DNA of 50,058 bases from Leptolyngbyaceae cyanobacterium (GTDB lineage Bacteria; Cyanobacteriota; Cyanobacteriia; Phormidesmidales; Phormidesmidaceae): contig JBHJHA010000078.1 of assembly GCA_050331235.1 (NCBI GenBank), positions 1-50,058 on the forward strand. The letters run 5' to 3'. The notes beneath the pieces were generated by a model. The model did no database searches. It was not told the DNA's origin and saw only the letters and a program-made list of their open reading frames with translations. The first letter of the stretch is position 1, and each line of letters begins with the position of its first letter. Below, piece by piece: positions 1 to 9,515 of the stretch. A program made the position numbers and the translations under genes.

Positions 1-220
1 CTCGCCAGTAGCGACAGACTTGTTTCTGATAGAAATGCTTGAAGTTGCGGTAAGACTCGCGATGGAAGCTGACCAAAATCGTCATGATTTCGCTCAAACT
101 CATCGCCCGCTGGCGCTTCCGTTGCCGCACACCATAGCCCAGTAACGTCTGACGCCATAGCGGATCAAAGCGGCGACAGAAATCATCAATATGGCAAAAC
201 AACTCTTCTACACTATTCAT
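1..220 (-). CDS. IS982-family transposase, N-terminal part (partial)
   Basis: Manual translation from ATG at 220 gives MNSVEELFCHIDDFCRRFDPLWRQTLLGYGVRQRKRQRAMSLSEIMTILVSFHRESYRNFKHFYQKQVCRYWR. The LFC-IDDFC, LSEIMTI and YRNFKHFY motifs are typical of IS982 transposases. Not in the ORF track. Confidence 0.88.
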   Translation of the reverse strand, partial: MNSVEELFCHIDDFCRRFDPLWRQTLLGYGVRQRKRQRAMSLSEIMTILVSFHRESYRNFKHFYQKQVCRYWR

Positions 221-296
221 GGAAGGGGCCTTAGCTGAAGATTTTGACTAGTTTCAGCTTACTCAGCCCCTTCATTTCTTATCCCGAGCTCACGTT
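1..296 (-). mobile_element. IS982-family insertion sequence, left (5') end; runs off the window edge
   Basis: Contains the transposase 5' end. The terminal sequence reads AACGTGAGCTCGGGATAAG on the minus strand (278-296), which resembles cyanobacterial IS982 terminal inverted repeats as I recall them. The other end and the target duplication lie outside the window. Confidence 0.8.
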
Positions 297-477
297 AAAA
301 AAGTGCTAGGTCTTGGAATAGGCGATTCTTAAAGGCTTGGACCGCCTGTCTATTCTCGTAGTGATCGTTATGTCATGACTCAGAGCAGTCTTGGCTGGTC
401 AGACACTGTGGTACCGACCCCTAAGCTATCCATTAGGCATGAATCGGTCAAAGTGATGCTTAATCGGAATTCTGGTA

Positions 478-527
478 GATCGCTTGTAGCGGCCCGTCGG
501 TCTGCCTTCAAATCGCTACAAGCGATC
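478..527. repeat. 14-bp perfect inverted repeat with HIP1-like outer ends
   Basis: GATCGCTTGTAGCG (478-491) and CGCTACAAGCGATC (514-527), with a 22-nt spacer. Confidence 0.8.
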
Positions 528-729
528 GCTATTGGGAGGATTCGATGACTTCCCTAGAGTTGGCCCCTAATTGACCCGAAAGGGATGATGCAGCCGCAAC
601 TGCACTTCCGCAATCATCTCGCTCTTTTCGAGATGGGGCCAAACTCCTGGCTCATCAGAGGTTTGAAATGCTTCCAGAGCGGTGATCTCTGCTTATGTCC
701 CTGCTGCATGGCGGTGATTTTATAAGTAT

Positions 730-779
730 CTACCATCATTACCCGCGCTCAACCAGTTGAGCGCGGGTAATGATGGTAG
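730..779. repeat. Perfect 24-bp inverted repeat with a 2-nt spacer
   Basis: CTACCATCATTACCCGCGCTCAAC (730-753), CA, GTTGAGCGCGGGTAATGATGGTAG (756-779). Confidence 0.95.
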
Positions 780-887
780 GCTACAGCGCGCACGGTAGCA
801 ATTTCGTAGAAACTCCCTGGTCGGCGGCAGGTAAGCAGCTGCACTAGTATTGAAAACGTAGTCGGTCAATGCCCCTAGGTGTAGAGG

Positions 888-2177
888 CTAGATCACCATG
901 CCGTCTGGAATTACAGCATTCTTGAGAATCACGACGATGCCGCTACGGATGTAAAAACCTAGGTCTTCACGCTCTGCTTCTTCAATGTTTTCTTTATTGA
1001 CAATCTGGACGTTACGACCGACCCGAGCATTTTTATCGACGATTGCCCGCCGGACTACCGAACCCTCACCAATGCCCATCGGGATTTTGCCACGGGTAAG
1101 ATGTTGGCTACTTTCAGAAAGCGGCTCGTAATAGTCAGCCCCCATTAAGAGAGCATCTTCGATTAGGCAATCAGCATGGACGCGCTGACGCAGCCCAATG
1201 ACCGAATGATTGACTCGACAATTTTTGAGAATGCTGCCATCACCGATGATGGACTGGGTAATGTGGCAATCTAGCAATTTGCTGGGAGGCAGATAGCGCG
1301 ATCGCGTGTAAATTGGAGCATCTTCGTGATAAAAGCTGAAGGAGGGCTGGGGCTGTTGGGTTAGCGCCAAATTAGCATTGTAGAAAGCTTCAATGGTGCC
1401 GATATCTTCCCAGTAGCCGTCGAACAAATAGGCTTGAATGTTGTAATCTTTTGCCGCTCCAGGAATGATTTCCTTGCCAAAATCCGTCTGTTCTAAATGC
1501 TTGCGCAATAGGTGTACTAGCACCTCTTTCTTAAAGACGTAGATCCCCATAGACGCGATGTAAGGTCGCTCTTGCGCCTGCTCCGGCGACAACCCCAAGG
1601 TGGAGGTATCCACCTGCATTTGCTTCAGGGCATCCCCTTTGGGCTTTTCGTAAAAATCGATGATCCGACCGGCAGTATCAATTTTCATCAAGCCAAAGCT
1701 AGAAGCGACCTTTTCAGTCACAGGCACCACAGAAAGGGTGACATCAGCATTTGTGCTGCGGTGTCGTTCTACAAATAGGGAGTAGTCCATGCGATAGAGG
1801 TGATCGCCGGATAGGATTAAAAACTCATCCACATCCCAAGATTCAAACAGCCATAAATACTTACGCACAGCATCGGCTGTCCCCTGAAACCAACTAGGAC
1901 TTTCTGGTGTCTGCTGAGCGGCTAAAACCTCAACAAATCCTTCTAAAAATTGAGAAAACTGATACGTTCGAGCAATGTGGCGGTTGAGAGAAGCGGAGTT
2001 GAACTGAGTCAATACATAGATCTTGTGCAGATCAGAATTGATACAGTTGCTGACAGGAATATCAATTAAACGATATTTGCCCGCTAAAGAAACGGCTGGT
2101 TTAGCTCGAAATTTGGTCAGTGGGTAAAGGCGAGTTCCGGCTCCCCCGCCCAAGATGATGGATAAAACTCTTTTCAC
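888..2177 (-). CDS. glgC: Glucose-1-phosphate adenylyltransferase (ADP-glucose pyrophosphorylase)
   Basis: [41 protein letters not shown] and YWEDIGTI motifs. Start set at GTG 2177 ([12 protein letters not shown], 429 aa) with a GAGG SD-like sequence upstream. Confidence 0.97.
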   Translation of the reverse strand: MKRVLSIILGGGAGTRLYPLTKFRAKPAVSLAGKYRLIDIPVSNCINSDLHKIYVLTQFNSASLNRHIARTYQFSQFLEGFVEVLAAQQTPESPSWFQGTADAVRKYLWLFESWDVDEFLILSGDHLYRMDYSLFVERHRSTNADVTLSVVPVTEKVASSFGLMKIDTAGRIIDFYEKPKGDALKQMQVDTSTLGLSPEQAQERPYIASMGIYVFKKEVLVHLLRKHLEQTDFGKEIIPGAAKDYNIQAYLFDGYWEDIGTIEAFYNANLALTQQPQPSFSFYHEDAPIYTRSRYLPPSKLLDCHITQSIIGDGSILKNCRVNHSVIGLRQRVHADCLIEDALLMGADYYEPLSESSQHLTRGKIPMGIGEGSVVRRAIVDKNARVGRNVQIVNKENIEEAEREDLGFYIRSGIVVILKNAVIPDGMVI

Positions 2178-2544
2178 CGGGAACCTCGCAACGGTACGCA
2201 ACAACCCTCTGATTGACACCTTTAGTGTGAGATGGGAGGTTCCTATTGGCAAGGGGGGATCACGACTTTTTTTTCTTTTGTGATTTAAAACACGCGGGAA
2301 ATTGATTCATTGGGACCCACCGCAACACATGTGACTGGGCCCAAACTCCTCACGTGCGATCGCTGCTCTGGCGATAGGTGTGGTCCCGGATCAATCGCGC
2401 CTGCACAAAATCACTGGGGCAGCACTCACTCTCTGATCCCACAACCGCAACTCTACAACCTATAGCGCTCAGAGAGAGCTGGTAGCCGGAATAATGGTGT
2501 CCAGTTTCAGAGGGTCAGCATACGCTGGGGTGCGCTGGAGGGCA

Positions 2545-3648
2545 TCAAGTGGAACTGCTCAGATCGTCGGTGAGGCGGTTCTGAATGCGCCCCGTGGTGA
2601 AGCTGAGAACGGCGATGAGCAATGCGGCCATGGCTATCGCTAAACTAGCGAGAAGGGCGAAGATAGCGCGGGAGTAGCGATATCCCACTCCCAAATGCTC
2701 GGTATTGAGCAGCGATTCGCCTAGTCCTAGCCCTGTACCAGCGATGCTAATCACCAGTGGAATGCTCAACGGCACCCCAATGACAAATGTGAGCACGAGC
2801 CACGGGCTAGACCAGTTGTGTTGGCGAGAGAGGCGGCCGAGCTTTCGGTAAAGCAGCATGACGATGTAAAGCGAGATCGCAATGCTGCCTAGCCGCAATA
2901 AGAGCCGTGTGCTGCTGACCATGGGGGAGAGCACGGGACGGGTAGTAACGGTAATTTGCTCGCTTGGCAATTGGTCAAAAGTAGTTTGCCAATGCTGCTG
3001 CGCAACCGCAGTGATTGGGGGAACTAGCGTCGTCGACCAACTCTTAGGGGCAAACACATCGACGGTGAGCGTACCAAACGAGCGCCACTGCCGCGCCGGC
3101 GATAACCAATACTCCAAGGTATATTGGCGATAGACCCCGGCGTCATCGCTATCGGGCACGCCACGATAGGCCACGGTAATCGTATGCTCTCCTGAGGTCA
3201 ATGGCACGTCGAATTGGAAGCCTTGCAAACTTTGACGAAACTGGGGCATCCCCCATTCCTCAGGAATCGCTGGAGCCGCTGTAGGGGTGACGGCCATCGC
3301 CGGCTGGTCGTCGATGGTGACGCTGCCGTCGGCTAGCCCCGGTGCCGCAAAGAGTAGGGGTACGGTGACGGCTACTCCAGGATTGTGAACGAAGTAAGTT
3401 GCTTCAACTTGCACAAATCGGCTGGTTTCTAGTTGGCGGAGATCTAGCCGCAGGTCTTCATGGCGAATATCGAAATTGGCGACTGAGGCCCAGGGCTCAG
3501 TGAATAGATCACCCACCTGGAAAGGGTCAGCCATGTTGGCGATCGCGACTGGAGAAAAATGGCTGAGCAAAATCAGCAGCGCAGTTAAGGCTGATAGCAA
3601 CCATCGCCATTGTCGGCCCAACTCTGAAGAAATTTTGATATCAGCCAT
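2545..3648 (-). CDS. Hypothetical exported or membrane protein (signal-like N-terminus, soluble domain, about 3 C-terminal TM helices)
   Basis: 367-aa ORF with a hydrophobic N-terminus ending in AIA, a YWLSPARQWRSFGTL segment and a hydrophobic C-terminus. Confidence 0.7.
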   Translation of the reverse strand: MADIKISSELGRQWRWLLSALTALLILLSHFSPVAIANMADPFQVGDLFTEPWASVANFDIRHEDLRLDLRQLETSRFVQVEATYFVHNPGVAVTVPLLFAAPGLADGSVTIDDQPAMAVTPTAAPAIPEEWGMPQFRQSLQGFQFDVPLTSGEHTITVAYRGVPDSDDAGVYRQYTLEYWLSPARQWRSFGTLTVDVFAPKSWSTTLVPPITAVAQQHWQTTFDQLPSEQITVTTRPVLSPMVSSTRLLLRLGSIAISLYIVMLLYRKLGRLSRQHNWSSPWLVLTFVIGVPLSIPLVISIAGTGLGLGESLLNTEHLGVGYRYSRAIFALLASLAIAMAALLIAVLSFTTGRIQNRLTDDLSSST

Positions 3649-3755
3649 GGGATAAACCTAATGGGATTCACGGGATCAGCCAGACGACGATGGCAGGAAA
3701 CTCACCGCCGAGTGGGCTAATCTTGACGGAGGCATCTATCTTAAGCGCAGCAACG

Positions 3756-4733
3756 ATGACAACCGCATATTCTCCTCCGTACTTTGACCAAGCTGAGCAC
3801 ATTGCCTTGCCCACTGGTGCGTTAACGTACTCTCCGCATACTGCTTGGTGGTTAGCCCACTGTTCCCGCTTAGCCTATGACTCTAAGCCAAATATTGCCC
3901 GCCATCTGCGGCGAGTGGGATTTGACTGCGTGTATTTCTTTGATATGCAGGGAACCCAAGGCTTTTTGGCAATACATCCGGGAGAAGAGTCCCCGTTTGC
4001 CATATTGGCATTTCGAGGCACCGAGAAAAACTACATCGATATCCTGACAGACATCATTATTTTGCGAAATAGGCTGCCGGATTTGGAGGACAAAGAGTAT
4101 GGAGAAGGTCCCCTCTTTGCCCACGCCGGTTTTCTACAGGCATTTCAGCATGTATGGGGCTCCGCTCTGCCTGCGGCCATTTGCAGCCAGATGCGCGAGA
4201 GCGAATGGGTCGGAGCCCGGGGGGTCAGTAATATCATCCAAGAGAAAATTCAGGCTCAGGCAATGCCGCTGTTTGTCACGGGGCATAGTTTGGGGGGAGC
4301 GATCGCCACGCTTGCCGCCTATCACGCCATGACTTACCATCGCGACGTTTACCTTTACACCTTTGGCAGTCCTCGGGTAGTCAATCGGTTGCTGAGTCGC
4401 AAGATGACCTACGCCCTTAAGGGGCGGTCCTATCGCTGCGTCCACGGCGACGACATTGTGCCGCGGGTCCCGCCACTGCTGAACTATACCCACGTCCATG
4501 AGCTGATCTATTTTGATCCCCGGCAGGGACGCACTGCCCCCAAAGGAGCGATGCGCAATGATTGGCTGGTGATCTTGTTTCTGCATTTAGATACGCTGCT
4601 CTTTTTCCTCACGTTGCGTCTGCGCAAGCCCAAAACGACCCTCGCCCACGCGATCGCAGCCTACATACAGGCTATTGAACGAGAACCGCTTCAGCCTCGC
4701 AAACCCGCCACGCCCCCGGTGCCCTTACCGTAG
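3756..4733 (+). CDS. Lipase class 3 family alpha/beta hydrolase
   Basis: AFRGTE, HAGF, VTGHSLGGAIA nucleophile elbow, YTFGSPRV and DDIVPRVP. Start may be 3690 or 3756. Confidence 0.88.
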   Translation: MTTAYSPPYFDQAEHIALPTGALTYSPHTAWWLAHCSRLAYDSKPNIARHLRRVGFDCVYFFDMQGTQGFLAIHPGEESPFAILAFRGTEKNYIDILTDIIILRNRLPDLEDKEYGEGPLFAHAGFLQAFQHVWGSALPAAICSQMRESEWVGARGVSNIIQEKIQAQAMPLFVTGHSLGGAIATLAAYHAMTYHRDVYLYTFGSPRVVNRLLSRKMTYALKGRSYRCVHGDDIVPRVPPLLNYTHVHELIYFDPRQGRTAPKGAMRNDWLVILFLHLDTLLFFLTLRLRKPKTTLAHAIAAYIQAIEREPLQPRKPATPPVPLP

Positions 4734-5303
4734 TTTCCCCATCGGGTCACTGTACTGCTGTAGCAGATCGCCAATAAAGGCGACGGCGGTGGTGGCCTCT
4801 CCCTTTGATGAGGGCGACTGACAGCGCCACCCTCGGGCTCGTTCCGGAAATTGCCACAAAGCTAGGTGAGACACTGGCGGATCGGCATAGAAGCCCGCCT
4901 GTCCCTGACCGAGGAGGGCCGAGCTCCAATGGGTAAAGGCGTCATGGCTCACCCGATGTAACGGGAAGTCACCTACTTGCGGCACCCCCCAACCGTCCAT
5001 CGCAATTAACGCAGCCATAGAATGCCCCTGGCGTTGCCACAGCTGACCAGCGGCGATCGCCCCCACTACGCCAGCGCTAAAGCCAATGAGCAGCAGCGGT
5101 TCGTCGGGAGCGGCGGCCCGCTGCAAAAAAGACCAGACTGAAACGCCATTAAACGGCGCGTAGCGGTCAGGCGGCAGAACCTGTGCCCGTGCCATGTGAG
5201 CCGCCAGTCCCACATCCCGTGAGCGGCAACTTTGCCTCAGGGTCGCCATAAACTGATCGCTCAAGCTCGGGGAATGCATCCCAGGACACACAATGATACT
5301 CAT
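4725..5303 (-). CDS. Conserved cyanobacterial alpha/beta-hydrolase-like hypothetical protein
   Basis: IGFSAGVVGA (GxSxG), DGWGVP, HRVSHDAFTHWSS and FYADPPVSHL motifs. The 3' end overlaps the convergent lipase gene by 9 nt. Confidence 0.75.
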   Translation of the reverse strand: MSIIVCPGMHSPSLSDQFMATLRQSCRSRDVGLAAHMARAQVLPPDRYAPFNGVSVWSFLQRAAAPDEPLLLIGFSAGVVGAIAAGQLWQRQGHSMAALIAMDGWGVPQVGDFPLHRVSHDAFTHWSSALLGQGQAGFYADPPVSHLALWQFPERARGWRCQSPSSKGEATTAVAFIGDLLQQYSDPMGKLR

Positions 5304-5409
5304 ACTCCATCACTTGGTCATACACATTGGCGGTGGCTATACCCGATGCCGATAAGGCAAAAACGATACCATCAAAAGCAAATGTCCACCTTCGTTTGGG
5401 AGCAGGCCT

Positions 5410-6645
5410 ATGTCTCCAGTGGCCGAGAGCCCTGGTGCGATCGCCGAGGAGCCCGTTGTCAATCCGCCGCCAAGAGCTGCTTATATTCATATCCCGTTTT
5501 GTCGACGGCGCTGCTTTTATTGTGACTTTCCCATTGCCGTCGCTGGCGATCTCGCTCGGGGCGAAACTTCCCCCCGGATGCAGACCTATGTGGATGCCCT
5601 AGCGCGTGAGATTCGGATAACTCCGGTCCTTGGTGCCCCCCTAACCACAGTCTTTTTGGGTGGGGGCACCCCTTCGCTGCTGTCTGCAGCCCAAGTGGCG
5701 CAGGTGCTGACCGCCTTAGCCGACCGGTTTGGGCTGGCACCCCAGGCAGAAATCTCGATGGAAATGGATCCCGGCACGTTCACCCGGGAGGGCCTACAGG
5801 CTTTAGTTAATCTGGGCATTAATCGGGTCAGCCTGGGTGTGCAATCCTTTGACGATGAACAGTTAGCAGCTTGTGGCCGGACCCATCGGGTCGCCGATGT
5901 GCGGCAGGCGATCGCTGACCTGCAGGCCGCGCATATTCCCACTTGGAGTCTGGACTTAATCTCGGGGTTACCCCATCAAACCTTGGAAACATGGCAAAGG
6001 GCCTTGTCAGAGGCGATCGCCCTAGCGCCCCCTCACCTTTCCATTTATGACCTAACGGTGGAACCTCAAACTGTGTTTTATCGCCGCTATCGTCCTGGTG
6101 AATCTCCCCTACCCAGCGATGAGCAAACCAGTGACATGTACCGACTCGCTCAGGCCCAACTCACCCAAGCCGGATACCACCATTACGAAGTCTCCAACTA
6201 CGCTCAACCGGGGCATCAGTGCCAACACAATCGCGTCTACTGGCAAAATCAGCCCTTCTACGGATTTGGCATGGGGGCCGCCAGCTACACCCAAGGTCAG
6301 CGATTTCAGCGGCCTCGGTCAACCAGCAGCTATTACGATTGGCTTGATACTTACGTCCAGACCGAGACTTTGGCAGTGCCACCCGTTACGCTGAGCGATC
6401 GCTGGCTGGACCGGTTGATGATGGGTCTCCGCTTAGCCGAGGGACTCCAGCCGGAGGACTTGATACGCGAGTTCGGGCCAGAGCGTGTGGCGCAGCTCCA
6501 GCAGTGTTTACAGCCCTACCGCCACCAGGGCTGGCTCGCTCCCACCCCAGACCCAACATCACCGATTCGATTCACTGATCCAGAGGGGTTTCTCTTTTCT
6601 AACGTGGTCTTGGTCAAGCTGTTTGAGACCTTTGATGATCCCTAG
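5410..6645 (+). CDS. hemW: Radical SAM heme chaperone HemW (HemN-like)
   Basis: AYIHIPFCRRRCFYCDF (CxxxCxxC), GGGTPS, RVSLGVQSF, YEVSNYA and HNRVYW (HNxxYW is typical of HemW). Confidence 0.9.
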   Translation: MSPVAESPGAIAEEPVVNPPPRAAYIHIPFCRRRCFYCDFPIAVAGDLARGETSPRMQTYVDALAREIRITPVLGAPLTTVFLGGGTPSLLSAAQVAQVLTALADRFGLAPQAEISMEMDPGTFTREGLQALVNLGINRVSLGVQSFDDEQLAACGRTHRVADVRQAIADLQAAHIPTWSLDLISGLPHQTLETWQRALSEAIALAPPHLSIYDLTVEPQTVFYRRYRPGESPLPSDEQTSDMYRLAQAQLTQAGYHHYEVSNYAQPGHQCQHNRVYWQNQPFYGFGMGAASYTQGQRFQRPRSTSSYYDWLDTYVQTETLAVPPVTLSDRWLDRLMMGLRLAEGLQPEDLIREFGPERVAQLQQCLQPYRHQGWLAPTPDPTSPIRFTDPEGFLFSNVVLVKLFETFDDP

Positions 6646-6779
6646 TATTTGCTGTGTGGGGACTCCGGTCATGCAGTAAAATGACACCTGGAAATTTTTT
6701 GGCTTTCCATCGCCAGCCCTGGCTGGACCGAGATTTTTCCATCTCGCCGTGATAGCGCTCCTCTACCTCTGACAAACCT

Positions 6780-8360
6780 ATGCCTAAGGTTCTCGTATCC
6801 GATCCAATTGATCAGGCTGGCATTGACATCCTGTCACAAGTTGCCCAAGTCGATATCCAGACCAAGCTGCCCCCTGAGGAGCTGGTCAAAATTGTGGGTG
6901 AATACGATGCTCTGATGATTCGCTCTGGCACCAAAGTGACGAAGGCGGTCATCGAAGCGGGGCATAACTTGAAAATTATTGGTCGCGCGGGCGTCGGCGT
7001 TGACAACGTGGATGTTCCCGCTGCTACCCGACGCGGCATTGTGGTAGTGAATTCTCCCGAGGGGAACACGATCGCTGCTGCTGAACATGCCTTGGCGATG
7101 ATGCTGTCGCTATCCCGCTACATTCCGGTGGCCGATCAGTCTGTCAAAGCCGGCAACTGGGATCGGAAAGCGTTTACCGGCGTGGAGGTCTACAAAAAGA
7201 CTCTAGGAGTCGTTGGCCTTGGTAAAATTGGTTCCCATGTGGCGACGGTCGCCCGAGCCATGGGGATGAAGCTGCTGGCCTACGATCCCTTTATTTCCAC
7301 TGAACGGGCCGAAAAAATCGGCTGTCGATTGGTGGATCTGGAACTGTTGTTCCGGGAGTCTGACTACATCACGCTGCACTTACCCAAAACGCCTGAAACC
7401 GCCAACCTGATTAATCCGAAAACGTTGGCCAGTATGAAGCCAACCGCCCGCCTGATCAACTGTGCCCGAGGCGGCATTATTGACGAAGTGGCCCTAGCTG
7501 ATGCTCTTACCAAAGGCGAAATCGCAGGCGCGGCCCTAGATGTCTATGCTGAGGAGCCACTGGGAGACTCTCCGCTGCGATCGCTCGACCGCAAAATTAT
7601 TTTGACGCCGCACCTGGGGGCCTCCTCCGAAGAAGCTCAATTCATCGTAGCCACCGATGTGGCTGAGCAAATTCACTATGTGCTTTTGGGGCTACCAGCC
7701 CGCTCTGCCGTCAATATTCCTGGCCTACGGGCTGAGGTGCTAGAGCAAATGCGCCCTTACCTGCAGCTAGCGGAGACCCTGGGTAATCTGGTCGGTCAAC
7801 TGGCCGGTGGCCGCGTTGAGTCGCTCAACGTCCAAATGCAGGGCGAATTAGCCAAACAGGATAGCCAGCCAGTAGTTATTGCGGCCCTGAAGGGGCTACT
7901 CTCCCATGCGCTACAGGAGCGAGTGAATTATGTGAATGCCAATATTGAAGCGAAGGAGCGGGGCATACACGTAGTAGAAACCCGCGACACCGACATCAAA
8001 GACTATGCGGGCTCGTTGCGGCTGACCGCCAATGGCTCCCTGGGCGAACACTCGGTCAGTGGGGTCCTGCTGGGGGGCAGCGAGATTCGGGTGACCGACA
8101 TTGATGAATTCCCCATCAATGTGCCGCCGACTCGCTATATGCTGTTTACGCTGCATCGCGACATGCCCGGCATCATCGGTAAGATTGGCTCGTTGCTTGG
8201 CAGCTTCAACGTTAATATTGCCAGCATGCAGGTTGGGCGTAAGATTGTGCGAGGGGATGCAGTGATGGTCCTGAGCATTGATGACCCGCTGCCAGAAGGT
8301 ATCTTGGATGAAATTACCAAGGTGCCCGGGATTCGGGACGCTTACACCGTTAGCCTTTAA
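6780..8360 (+). CDS. serA: D-3-phosphoglycerate dehydrogenase
   Basis: [21 protein letters not shown] and TPHLGAS motifs, plus a C-terminal ACT domain ([12 protein letters not shown]). Confidence 0.97.
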   Translation: MPKVLVSDPIDQAGIDILSQVAQVDIQTKLPPEELVKIVGEYDALMIRSGTKVTKAVIEAGHNLKIIGRAGVGVDNVDVPAATRRGIVVVNSPEGNTIAAAEHALAMMLSLSRYIPVADQSVKAGNWDRKAFTGVEVYKKTLGVVGLGKIGSHVATVARAMGMKLLAYDPFISTERAEKIGCRLVDLELLFRESDYITLHLPKTPETANLINPKTLASMKPTARLINCARGGIIDEVALADALTKGEIAGAALDVYAEEPLGDSPLRSLDRKIILTPHLGASSEEAQFIVATDVAEQIHYVLLGLPARSAVNIPGLRAEVLEQMRPYLQLAETLGNLVGQLAGGRVESLNVQMQGELAKQDSQPVVIAALKGLLSHALQERVNYVNANIEAKERGIHVVETRDTDIKDYAGSLRLTANGSLGEHSVSGVLLGGSEIRVTDIDEFPINVPPTRYMLFTLHRDMPGIIGKIGSLLGSFNVNIASMQVGRKIVRGDAVMVLSIDDPLPEGILDEITKVPGIRDAYTVSL

Positions 8361-8397
8361 GGCGATCGCCCCTGCCGTTCAGAAATGGTTAACGCTC

Positions 8398-9288
8398 TTG
8401 GCTACTAGCTGGTGGGAAATTCAAGTGCTATGTGATCCGGCCTTGGAGGATATCATTTTTTGGCGGTTTGACTCCTTTGGTGGTCACGGCACAGCTAGTC
8501 AGCGCCGCAACCAATATCGACAAATCCAGGCTTACTTTCCCCAAGAGAAGTTTGAGCTACTGGACCTAGCCGCTGTGGCTTTGCGCCTCAAGCAAGATGC
8601 CATTTGTGCCGAGCTGAGCACTCCACAAACGACGTGGCGATTGATTGATGAAGAAGACTGGTCAAAGAGCTGGAAAGATCATTGGTCGCCGCAACCAGTC
8701 GGCGATCGCTTCATCATCAATCCCGCTTGGCTGCCTGACCCCCAAGAGCGAGATCGCCTGACTTTGCAATTAGATCCGGGAGCGGCATTTGGCACCGGTA
8801 CCCACCCCACCACGCAGCTCTGCCTGGAGTCCCTAGAGATGCGGTTTGGCCCCGAAGATACTGAAATGATTGTCGCTGACATTGGCTGTGGCTCTGGCAT
8901 TCTCTCTATTGCAGCCCTGCTACTGGGGGCCAAGTGCTCCCACGCGGTCGACATTGATCCCTTAGCGGTGCAGGCCACCACGGCCAACGCGGCCCTCAAT
9001 CACCTCACCTCAGAGCAGGTAAACGTACAACAAGGGAGTTTAGACACGCTCATGGAGACCCTCAGCAAACCCGTTGACGGTATCCTGTGCAATATCCTAG
9101 CCGAGGTGATCATCGACCTGATTCCGCAGCTCAACGAAATTGCCCATCCTCAAAGTTGGGGTATCCTCAGTGGCATTTTGCTAGAACAGTCAAAGTTGGT
9201 CGCCGACACGCTAGAGCAGCACGGCTGGGTGGTTGCGACCCTGTGGCGACGCCAAGAGTGGTGCTGCTTAAACATTCGGCGTTCATGA
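8398..9288 (+). CDS. prmA: Ribosomal protein L11 methyltransferase
   Basis: [34 protein letters not shown] and NILAEVI motifs. Start set at TTG 8398 (then ATSWWEI). Directly follows serA. Confidence 0.93.
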   Translation: MATSWWEIQVLCDPALEDIIFWRFDSFGGHGTASQRRNQYRQIQAYFPQEKFELLDLAAVALRLKQDAICAELSTPQTTWRLIDEEDWSKSWKDHWSPQPVGDRFIINPAWLPDPQERDRLTLQLDPGAAFGTGTHPTTQLCLESLEMRFGPEDTEMIVADIGCGSGILSIAALLLGAKCSHAVDIDPLAVQATTANAALNHLTSEQVNVQQGSLDTLMETLSKPVDGILCNILAEVIIDLIPQLNEIAHPQSWGILSGILLEQSKLVADTLEQHGWVVATLWRRQEWCCLNIRRS

Positions 9289-9515
9289 CCATGGGCGAAA
9301 TCCTGCGAGACCAAATCGGGTTTGTGGCTAAGGTCCTTGGCCTGGCGGCCATTATCTCAGTCTTATTGAAAACGGTTGGCCCGCGGCTACCCCTGCCGCC
9401 AACCGCGGCTGTGAGTCTGGTCATCATCTCGCTGCCATCGCTCGTAGTCGGTGCAATTTTGCTGTGGCAACTGTGGACTGCAAATGACCGTTCCCCGCAC
9501 CCTCCCAACGATTAA
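9285..9515 (+). CDS. Small two-TM hypothetical membrane protein
   Basis: ATG overlaps the prmA stop (ATGA). [29 protein letters not shown]... has two hydrophobic segments. Confidence 0.65.
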   Translation: MTMGEILRDQIGFVAKVLGLAAIISVLLKTVGPRLPLPPTAAVSLVIISLPSLVVGAILLWQLWTANDRSPHPPND

